Assembly (NCBI GenBank): GCA_965223905.1
Contig: CBDCXV010000011.1
Span: 960,001-1,024,000, forward strand
DNA: 64,000 bases
Reading direction: 5' to 3'
DNA from: Candidatus Latescibacterota bacterium
Lineage (GTDB): Bacteria; Latescibacterota; UBA2968; UBA8231
Shown: positions 48,620 to 57,503 of the stretch, piece by piece
How the letters are laid out: every line of letters starts with the position of its first letter
Position numbering within the stretch: position 1 is the stretch's first letter
Notes under the pieces: generated by a model
What the model was told of the DNA's origin: nothing
Database searches by the model: none
Seen by the model: the letters and a program-made list of their open reading frames with translations, nothing else
Position numbers and translations under genes: made by a program

Positions 48620-48853
48620 CTAATGTTCAACAACCGGCTCCACCGAGTCGTTCCCGTGGTGGCGAACCCGGTCGACGTACGACTGGCCCTTGTTCCAGGC
48701 CTCGCCGACTCCGCGGCGCACGGATTCGCGGGATTCCCGGCCGCTCCTGGGAGCCAACAGCATGCCGGCTGCCAGTCCCACGGCCAGGCCGCCGACCGCG
48801 CCGACACCGATGAGTCCTAAAGAAATTCCTATGGTTTTCATGTAGCTGTTCAT
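48620..48853 (-). CDS. YtxH domain protein
   Basis: Gly-rich TM followed by GMLLAPRSGRESR; RBS AAAGGAG. Confidence 0.8.
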   Translation of the reverse strand: MNSYMKTIGISLGLIGVGAVGGLAVGLAAGMLLAPRSGRESRESVRRGVGEAWNKGQSYVDRVRHHGNDSVEPVVEH

Positions 48854-49000
48854 TTGAATTCTCCTTTGTGAAAGCAAGGGACTTTTGTTTGAATAACTAT
48901 AGCAGCCGGAAGCATCTTCCCAAGGCACCGATGGTTCCGGCCGCCGTTCGAATGTCCTCAATGATATAGGGACGGCAGTTGATCCGTCAATAAAAAAACC

Positions 49001-50108
49001 ATGAAAATCACCGGCATCAAAACCGTCATGATCGATTCCCCGGGGCGCAAGTGGACGATCGTACAGGTCCACACCGACGCGGGGATCACGGGCCTTGGGG
49101 AGGCCACCTATTCAAACAAGGAACCTGTGGTCTGCGCCGCGGTCGAGCATATGAAGCAGGAGCTGATCGGCCGCGATCCGGCGCGCATCGAATACTTGTG
49201 GCACCACACCTACCGCCAATCCTCCCTCTCCGGCATCTGGCGCATGAGCGGCCCTGTCTGGATGAGCGCCCTTTCGGGGATCGACCAGGCGCTGTGGGAC
49301 ATCAAGGGCAAGGTCGCGGGACTGCCGTTGGTGGAGCTGCTCGGCGGCCTGTTCCGCGACCGCGTCGAGGTCTACACCCACTTCGGCGGCGGCACCCCTG
49401 AGGAGTCCGCGGCCCAGGCCCGCGACCTGGTGGAGCGCGGCTTCTCCGCCCTGAAAGGAGGTATGGCCGGCAGCAGCGCAGACCGCTTCGACCCGTACCT
49501 CGACAACGATCCCCTTCAGACCGCGGCCCATTTCGAGGCGGTGCGCGTTAGCGGTCGGACCCGCCACCAGGCTGTTGGTCGACTGTCACGGGCGCCTGAC
49601 CGTGGCCGCCTGCATCCGCCTCGCCCGGGCCCTGGAGCCGTTCGACCTGTACGCCCTGGAGGACCCGGTGCCGCCCGACGACTTGGGCGCCTACCCCAAG
49701 GTCCGGCACGCCATCGGCATCCCGGTGATGGGCTCGGAGCGGCTCAACACCAAGAGCCAGTTCCGCCAGCTGCTGGAGCTCGACGGCATCGACATCGCCC
49801 AGCCGGATCTCATCTACGCCGGCGGCATCACCGAGGTGCGCAAGATCGCCGCCATCGCCGACACCTACCACGTCCCCGTCTCGCCGCACAACACCAAGGG
49901 GCCGGTCGGCATCGCCGCGGCTGCGCACCTGATGGCTTCCATACCGAACGCCGCTCCCATGGAGCTGGTCACCGGCATCGACTGGCGCGACGAAATCATC
50001 GCCGAGCCGCTGGCCGTCGAGGAGGGATGCCTGCTCCTTCCCCGGGGGCCCGGCCTGGGGATCGAGCTCGACATGGACGGAGTCGAAAAGCACCGCTGGC
50101 GGCCATGA
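49001..50108 (+). CDS. galactonate dehydratase-like enolase superfamily enzyme, frameshifted near 49548
   Basis: TDAGITGLGE, SGIDQALWDIKGK; second frame VDCHGR, LEDP, SERL, QPD, PHN, PGLGIELD. Confidence 0.82.
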
Positions 50109-50165
50109 GAGACGCGCCGGGATGAAGCGGCGACAAGCAGGGATGGATGCGGCAAGGAGGCATCG

Positions 50166-50711
50166 ATGAAGGTGGAAATCAACACGGCGTCCCTCGCGCT
50201 GGTACGAGGGGACATCACCAGGGAACGAGTCGACGCGATCGTAAACGCCGCCAATGAACGGCTCATGGGAGGAGGGGGCGTCGACGGCGCCATTCACCGC
50301 GCCGGGGGACAGGCGATCGCCGCCGAATGCGGGGAGATCCGCGCCAGGCAGGGCGGTTGTCCAACCGGGCGGGCGGTGATAACCAGCGGGGGGAACCTTC
50401 CCGCCAGGTACGTCATCCACACTGTCGGACCGGTGTGGCGGGGCGGGAGCGCCGGCGAACCGGAGCTGCTCGCAAGCTGCTACAGCGAAAGCCTGGGGCT
50501 TGCGGTCGAGCACGGCATCAGGACTATCGCCTTCCCATCGATCAGCACCGGGGTGTACGGGTACCCCGTTGCGGAAGCTGCGGCCATCGCCCTCGATACC
50601 GTGAAGCAATTCCTCGAAACACACCACGGGATCGACGATGTGCGTTTCGTCCTCTTCAACGACGAGGCCTGCCGCGGGTTTGCGGATGCCCTTGCGAAGA
50701 TGGGGCTGTAA
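50166..50711 (+). CDS. ymdB: macro-domain O-acetyl-ADP-ribose deacetylase
   Basis: GDIT, DAIVNAAN, GGGGVDGAIHRAGG, VIHTVGP, AFPSISTGVYGYP. Confidence 0.92.
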   Translation: MKVEINTASLALVRGDITRERVDAIVNAANERLMGGGGVDGAIHRAGGQAIAAECGEIRARQGGCPTGRAVITSGGNLPARYVIHTVGPVWRGGSAGEPELLASCYSESLGLAVEHGIRTIAFPSISTGVYGYPVAEAAAIALDTVKQFLETHHGIDDVRFVLFNDEACRGFADALAKMGL

Positions 50712-50898
50712 GGCACGCTGGGGTACCGTGGTCAGCTATTCAGTGCAGCGCGACAATTCCGCTGAATCGGGCCGGCGGGGCATCTCCAGGGAAACCGCGG
50801 TTCAATCCAAACCAGATCATCGGCGCCAGTTCTCCCCCCGATCGGTCTCGGCGCCCGCGGTTTTCAGATGCCCTCGCAAGGATGGATTTGTAAGGCAC
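50672..50898. repeat. imperfect ~45-bp direct repeat of the macro gene 3' end
   Basis: Core gatgcccttgcgaagatggggctgtaaggcac (in 50672-50716) vs gatgccctcgcaaggatggatttgtaaggcac (in 50855-50898), 26/32 identical. Confidence 0.7.
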
Positions 50899-50973
50899 CC
50901 CCTGCGTGACCGGCGGCGACTGCAAGGGCCCGGCGGGCAATCGAGCGTGAATTTCCCCCCTCGCTTTTTGCGC

Positions 50974-52638
50974 TCAGGAGCTGGCAGGGCGAACGCGGGG
51001 ACCGTTCAGAAATCTTCCCAGCCAGGAATAGCGGACCAGGAACTGGTAGGCCAGCAACAGAAGGCCGGTGACTGCTGAAATCACCAGGGCGAACTTCAGC
51101 GCCGAGGGAAGCGGCCAGTCCCGCACCGCCAACTGAGCGCCGATGATAAGCGGCACGTGCGTCACATACAGCCAGTACGACGAATCCGATACATAGCGAA
51201 TCGAACTGTTTTCGCGGGCGCAGAGTTTGCGGAACAAGCCGATGCAGGCGAAGGCCATGGTCCAGGGGTAGATCGCCTGCAGCGCCACCGCCGCGGTCCG
51301 GGCCATGGCCGGGCCGAACATCTCCTGGCGGAATCCGAATGCGCCCGTTGAGAATTCGAGCCCGAGCGGGAAGAGGATGAACAGCCCCGAGGGAAGCCCC
51401 AGCCACCACCATTTCCCCACCCTGCCGTCCTGGTCGTCGCAGTCGAAATACAAGGCGCCGAAAGCGAAAAAGAGGGCGTAGTAGAGCAATACGTGCGGCA
51501 TGGGCAGAAGGCCCAGGGAGGTATCCGGTCCGAAGCCGGGCACGACCAGTCCCATGAGCGACTGCGGGATCAAGGTCAGGGGGATCAACCAGAGAAAGCG
51601 GACGGGCGAAAGAACCAGCCACTCGGGGGGCCTTGCACATCGCAGCCAACCAGCGAGGCGGACGCAGAGCGCGAAGACGAGGACCAGCCACCAGAGGAAC
51701 CACAGGAACCACAAGTGATGAAACACCGGTGTTGCAAAAACCGGCGCTGCCATCGCTCTGCTAAACTTGAGCGCGGCCGGTTGCTCCTCTGCCTTGCCTG
51801 TCTTTTCCCCATCGTCGCCAGTGGATGATTGTTCGAGCAATCCGGCGATCCGGGCCCGGCCGGCCTCGACTTCCCCCTGGTCGATCTCGATCTGCAACAA
51901 GCCTGCCAGGTACCGGGTCAGTTCCCAGCCCGCCTCCAGGGCACCCCGGGGCGTATCGCCGTTGTGGTTCTTCGCCTCGGGATCCGCTCCGTGCTGAAGC
52001 AGCAATTCGGCTACTTCCGCACGTCCCAGGAAAGCGGCCGCGTGCAGGGGCGTTCCGCCATCCCGGCCGCGGCCGTTGACCGCGGCCCCGTTCCGCAGCA
52101 TCCAATCGACGGCTTCGACCCGGCCGGCCAGGGCCGCCCATACCAGGGGAGTCAGCCCGAATGCCGGGTCCAACCCGTCGATGTCGGCCCCGTCCTGGAG
52201 GTGCCGTCCCATGGCGGAGAGATCCCCGTTCCGGGCCGCGCTCCGGATACTGTCCACCTCGGCCCTGGCCGCCTTGGCTTCAACTGCAGATGCCATGGCC
52301 CAGCCGCTGATCCAGTTGAGCGCGGGAACGATGGTCACCAGCCCGAGCAGGAACGGCAGCAACACGCGGCGAAAGCGGTGAGAGAGCACTGATTTCAGAC
52401 CGCGGCGGCGCCAGAGCATGGCGGTGAAGAAGCCGCTCAGCACAAAGAACACCGGCATGCGGAAGCCGTGTATGGCAGCGAACAGCAGCCCGTAGATTCC
52501 GCTCTGCCGCTCGTCCTGCACCGGCCAGGGGAACAACGGGGCGAAGGACAACCCCGCGTGCAGCAGGATGCCGAGCAGCATGGCCGCGGCGCGCAGGGCG
52601 TCGAGGTCGTAGCGGCGAGGGTCGGGAGCGCTGGTCAT
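50974..52638 (-). CDS. acyltransferase 3 (OpgC/MdoC-like) with inserted ankyrin repeats
   Basis: RRYDLDALRAAAMLLG, FRMPVFFVLSGFF, HLWFL, SSYWLY..H; internal TPLVWAA, GGTPLHAAAFLG, GDTP. Confidence 0.88.
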   Translation of the reverse strand: MTSAPDPRRYDLDALRAAAMLLGILLHAGLSFAPLFPWPVQDERQSGIYGLLFAAIHGFRMPVFFVLSGFFTAMLWRRRGLKSVLSHRFRRVLLPFLLGLVTIVPALNWISGWAMASAVEAKAARAEVDSIRSAARNGDLSAMGRHLQDGADIDGLDPAFGLTPLVWAALAGRVEAVDWMLRNGAAVNGRGRDGGTPLHAAAFLGRAEVAELLLQHGADPEAKNHNGDTPRGALEAGWELTRYLAGLLQIEIDQGEVEAGRARIAGLLEQSSTGDDGEKTGKAEEQPAALKFSRAMAAPVFATPVFHHLWFLWFLWWLVLVFALCVRLAGWLRCARPPEWLVLSPVRFLWLIPLTLIPQSLMGLVVPGFGPDTSLGLLPMPHVLLYYALFFAFGALYFDCDDQDGRVGKWWWLGLPSGLFILFPLGLEFSTGAFGFRQEMFGPAMARTAAVALQAIYPWTMAFACIGLFRKLCARENSSIRYVSDSSYWLYVTHVPLIIGAQLAVRDWPLPSALKFALVISAVTGLLLLAYQFLVRYSWLGRFLNGPRVRPASS

Positions 52639-52866
52639 GAAGGATGGTCCGGGTGGAGCGGCGGTCCATTACGGCCTTGCGGCATTGTCGAGCGGTGGTG
52701 GCCGGCCACAAGGGGTAATGAAACAACTGCGTGGCTGGTACTGAAGTTTGGAGATGACCTGCCTCGCCACGAACAGGCCCTTTGAATGGCATTGTTTCAC
52801 GCCGGGCCAGGATCGTCCAAGAAATGGAATTCCCCAATAATCAGATTCCCCACCGCGCTGAGAACG

Positions 52867-53511
52867 TCAGTCGAAGATTTCTTGATAAAGGACAATATCG
52901 GTCAGGCCCAGGTCGGCGGGGCCGTCGTAGTGCAGGAGGAAATCCACGTCTTCTTCTTGGAGAAGAACGAACTGCAATCCGCGGGCACGATTGGCGGCGA
53001 AGGGGATCGACAACCACCAAGGCGGGTGCACCCCTTCCTGCATCGGACGCAGGTAGTCGGACCTTTTCACCGTTACCAAGTTCCCCTTGGCCAATTTGGA
53101 ATTGAACCAATCGGGAGTGGCAGAACCGGAGTACACGGCAATCCTGAATGGCACGGGGTTTCGCTCGAAAAAGGTTGCAAAGGCAGAAAAAGTTGGAGCG
53201 GTCAGGTTGAAACCGACCTGGTATTGGCCTGCAGGAAGACCAGAAAAACGAACGGCGGTTTTTAAGGGGCGCTCCTGCAGTTGGTACGCGAAGCGGTGAA
53301 TCTCGGCGGTTCTCGGTTCGGTCTTGGATGGCGTGAAAGTGGCTCGGATCCCATTCAACTCCAATTCACCATGTCCCGAATACTCGCTGTAGATTCGGTG
53401 AATTCCAGGCTTATTAATCCTGAATATGAACAATTGATTTCCATCGACCTCGCCGCCGATGAGCGGATGGCTGGTGCGGTTACCCCAAAAGGAGACGACT
53501 GGCAGCGTATA
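52867..53511 (-). pseudogene. 3' part of IS1380-interrupted membrane protein gene
   Basis: Removing the IS and one TATA joins HGY|TLPVVSFWGNRTSHPLIGGEVDGNQLFIFRINKPG in frame. Confidence 0.85.
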
Positions 53512-55061
53512 CCCTAACGTTGCATAAATCTGTTTGAAGGCGGTGGTTGTGATCAGGCGGCTTCCTTCAGGATTTCGAGGAAATGCAACAGATCTTTTTC
53601 AACTTTTGGATTGGAGTTCAGGGTCAGGGTCAACTCGCCCTTGGGCTGAGTGAGGCGCCCGGCGCGTTGAATGAAGCGATGACGCAGCGTGTCCAAGGTT
53701 TGGAAGGTCCACGCCGCCGGACGTTTGCCACGCGAATAGTTCGATCGCGGCTGCGCCAGCATCTGCATTTCGCGTCCCAGATTGTGGGCCATCATCGCAC
53801 ACAAAGTAACCATCTGGTTGCCGAGCAACCGTCGGGTGGGGATCAGATCCAGCCCGGCCTGTTGCTTGGCCTCGGCGAAGATCCCTTCCTGGGCGCCGCG
53901 GCCATAGTGGAAGAGGAGCACGCTGCGTGGCGAGTTCATCTTGTTGGTAACCACAACGCGGTACTCGTGATCGATGTGCCGGGGTTCGAACAGATCCAGT
54001 TGCAGCGCTTGCTTGGTCTGACGCGGCACCGCACGGCGCACAAACAGAAACCGGTAGCAGGCCGGCCAGCTTTCCGGTTTCCAGTCACTCTCGAAATAGG
54101 AGCAGTGCTCATCGAGGTAGCGCCAGCGCTGGCGCGCTTCGATCTGGTCCTTGAGTACGGGAAAGCGTTCGAAAGGGACACTGATCGTGCATCCGACGCC
54201 ATACAGGTCCATGAGAGTGAGCGTGTTTTGGCTGAAGAAGGCGCTGTCCAGTCGCGACTCGAGCACGGTGGGCGCCAAGGCGTCGCGCACGCGATCGAAG
54301 GCGTCCATCATGAACGCATGGGCGTCCTTGCTGTCATGGACGTTGCCGGGCCGGTGAAGGACATCCAGAAACTGTCCGGTTTGCGCCACCGTGCAGAACA
54401 GGTTGTAGTAGCTGCGCGCCCCCTTCTTTTTCGGATTATAGCCAACGGCGGTCCCTTCGGCATGACCACAGGTGGAGATCACCGAGCCGTCGAAGTCGAG
54501 AGTCAGACGGGGGAAGCGCTCACGCTGGAGCGCTTGCATGACCAGGGTCGAAGACAGGTGTCGCACTTTTGCGATACTTGAATGGCCCATTTTTGCCAGC
54601 GCGCGACTGAGGGTGGCCACATCCGGCAGGCGACGTAAGCCCAACAAACGCAGGACCACCGGATCGTCCCGGTAATAGTCCACGTCCCGCAGCCGCCGGA
54701 AGCCCAGCAACAGATGCACGATGAGCAACAACACAATGACATGGGGAGCAAAGGTCGCTGCGCTTTTGGCGGGGAAGCAGGACTTCAGTCGAGTCTTTAG
54801 ATGCAAGCGCCGAAAGAGCAGTTGAAAAACGATCACTCCCGCAAAGGAAGTAAGCCGTTGATCTTCGAAGCGAAGACGCGGGAGCTTGTGAAAACGGGCC
54901 AAAATGTCTTGTTTTCTGAACCTCACTTGCGGTGTCCTCCTGGAAGGGGTCGATACAGGTCATGGGTGACAGTATCAAATACCCCCTTTTTCAGAGGGCG
55001 CCGCAAGTGACAAGGTGCACTCCGGAGAAGAAAAAAGCCCTGTTTTTATGCAACCAGAGGG
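53512..55061 (-). mobile_element. IS1380 family insertion sequence, 1550 bp
   Basis: Terminal IRs ccctaacgttgcataaa / ccctctggttgcataaa (14/17); 4-bp target duplication TATA at 53508-53511 and 55062-55065. Confidence 0.92.
53553..54926 (-). CDS. IS1380 family transposase (DDE_Tnp_1_4)
   Basis: LTSFAG, PDVATLSR, TLDFDGSV, GYNPKKKGARSY, HRPGNVHD, RLDSAF, YGRGAQEGIFAEAK. Confidence 0.93.
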   Translation of the reverse strand: MRFRKQDILARFHKLPRLRFEDQRLTSFAGVIVFQLLFRRLHLKTRLKSCFPAKSAATFAPHVIVLLLIVHLLLGFRRLRDVDYYRDDPVVLRLLGLRRLPDVATLSRALAKMGHSSIAKVRHLSSTLVMQALQRERFPRLTLDFDGSVISTCGHAEGTAVGYNPKKKGARSYYNLFCTVAQTGQFLDVLHRPGNVHDSKDAHAFMMDAFDRVRDALAPTVLESRLDSAFFSQNTLTLMDLYGVGCTISVPFERFPVLKDQIEARQRWRYLDEHCSYFESDWKPESWPACYRFLFVRRAVPRQTKQALQLDLFEPRHIDHEYRVVVTNKMNSPRSVLLFHYGRGAQEGIFAEAKQQAGLDLIPTRRLLGNQMVTLCAMMAHNLGREMQMLAQPRSNYSRGKRPAAWTFQTLDTLRHRFIQRAGRLTQPKGELTLTLNSNPKVEKDLLHFLEILKEAA

Positions 55062-57294
55062 TATATCCATGCGTGAAGACAAAATGGCCCGAGACCTGCC
55101 CATCGGGAGGTCCGACACGCAGCCCAGGGAAAGTCAACTGGTAGATACCGAGAAGAGTGCCCACTATTCCCGGAACACGTGAGAAATTTACCATTCCGGC
55201 TGAAGTCGAACCGGGCAATGCGCGAAAGCTGCCATCCGGTTGGGCTTCCTCTGCAAGTGGCTGTAGCGATATTGGGAGATTGAATTTCCGCGAAGCCATT
55301 TCGGATGTCGTTTCCGTGGTTGACAGGGAGGCCATATAGGGCGACTGGCTCGAAGGTAGCCGGGCGGCCAGCGCGTCGCTCCGACTCCATAAAAAAGGCG
55401 CAAAAGCGACCGCAAGAATTAGCCCCCGGCGGATTATGCCCGACTTGACCAAGTCTGGACCATTGCGGAAAAACAGGGTCCCCAACAACAGCCCCCAGAA
55501 AGCGATGTCGAGTAGTGGCATCTCCTCCTGGTCCGGGAGGAAGAAATGCTGGTGGAGCGGATAGAAGTGGTTGATTGAACGGTTCAGCAGATTGCCACCG
55601 TTGTAACCGTTCTCGGGCAGCATCAAGGTATCGAGCACTCCTTCGATGCTGATGGCAAGGGGGAACGCCGAAAGGAAGGCGGTCGTCGCCGAGCGCTTCA
55701 CCAGCGTCAGACCCATGGCAAGCCCCAGGACCAGAACGGGCAGTGCCGTCATAAGGAAACGGGCGGGAAAGCAGAAGCCAAAGACCCAACCAGGGTGCAG
55801 GCCGTTGACGGCGGCGGTGACTGCATAGAAGCCGGCCGCCATGATCGCGCGACGATCGCGCAAACGCGCCAGGGACAGCAGGCCCAACAGCGCGAAAAGG
55901 TAAATCGGGGAACTGTTGAGAATTCCTTTCCTGACGTGCAGCCAATGGCCGGGAAGCGAAATGCTCCAGGTGGCGATATCGAGAGCGCCTTCCTTCCAGG
56001 CATTTCCTGGGCGGAACGGCCCCATCCAGTCGCCACTGAATGCGTAGTTGAAGGAGAACAGGGCATACAAGCCGCCTGCAGCGACCAAGCCGACCACGGA
56101 AAGGGCAAGATCCCTCCTGGGGCTGTGCCAAGCCTGCAGCAGGACCCCCGCGCCGCAGAGGAGGCCCAAAGGAGCAAGGCGCGGGTGCAGGAAGGGGAGG
56201 CAGCACAACAGCAGGGTCAGTAGCCCGAGCAGTGGCACCTCCCAGCGCCCCCAGGACCGGTACGAACCACCCGGCATCTGCCAGTGAGCGAGTGCAACCA
56301 ACGCGACCAGGGCGATCAGCAGAGCCGGGACTTCGGGGTAAAGCTGGTTGGTGTAGTACAAAAACGGCCCGGTAACCGCCATGATTCCGGTGGCCAGCAG
56401 TGCCGCCCAGAGCTCGACCCCAAGTCGCGTCAGGTAAAGAAAGGTCAGAGGGACGCACAGACTGGCCAGCAACGCCATGAACAGCGCCGCGGCCAGACGC
56501 GGGTTTTGCCATTTCTCCAAACCCCACCAGTAGGCAGGCACGAGGGCGACGGAGAGGCCGATGGGATGCACTGAGTGCACTTTGCCCTTTGGTGAGGCGG
56601 GGGCTTTGGGTACCGCGAAATGGGAGACATGGAATTCCCCGATCTGTTCGGCACCGAGGTTGTTGGCCAGATCCATGTCGCCGTCGTGTAGCAGGCTTTG
56701 GGTAACTCGCAGGTACTGGCCCTCGTCGCCATGGAGCATGGTGACTTGGCAGAAGTAGAGTGTGTAGAGGAAGTAAAGAGGCAGGCAGAAGGCCAGTAGC
56801 GCACCGGCTATAAGCGCGGTGCGAGGTGCTTTGTGCCCCTGGGTGGACGGCAGATGCACGTAGCCCATAAAGACAAGCGCCACAGCCCACAGCGCGTGCG
56901 GGGACCAGAGCAGAGTCAGGTAAGGGAAGACATAGACGACTGGATCGAGGAGAGAAACCAGACGTAACGCCAGCAGGACCACGACCAGCAGGGCAGCGCG
57001 ATGCAGGCGATCCTGGAGTTGCGGCCCGCCAGGGAAGAAGCGATAGCGCACCCATGACAGAACCAGCCCGACAATTCCAAGGGCCGCAGGGCCGAGGGGC
57101 CATTGCAAACGATATTCCCCTAGGGATACCGCCAGGTGCAGCTTGTCGGTGGCCGCGGCGATGAGGGGCTCGAATCCACTCAGAGCCAACCAGGCGCAGA
57201 AGACTCCAACCGCCATCCCCAAGTCGAGGAAAAAAGGCCTGGAGGAGGAGAGGACGATCCGGTAAACGGAGTTGAAAAAGTTTTTTTGTGACAC
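55062..57294 (-). pseudogene. 5' part of polytopic membrane protein (GT-C glycosyltransferase-like), interrupted by IS1380
   Basis: Many TM helices; HGDEGQYL..SLLHDGDMDLAN, HPIGLS, YPEVP, FPARF motifs typical of GT-C-fold proteins; visibly lower GC than flanking genes. Confidence 0.7.
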
Positions 57295-57503
57295 TCAGAT
57301 AACTTCCGGTTTCAGCACGTAAGAACAGATCCAAATGCCCTCGGGGGGCGCATCGTGCCGCCCCTTGCGAACCATCAACGGAAGGGCTCGTTGGATAACG
57401 AAACGCAGGTCGGGCGCCCCCGCTTGAACCAGGCAAGGGCTGGGTCAGAGACGGGATACCCCTCCTTCAACTGATCCCGTGCACTCTTGGCTGCGGCCCC
57501 CCC

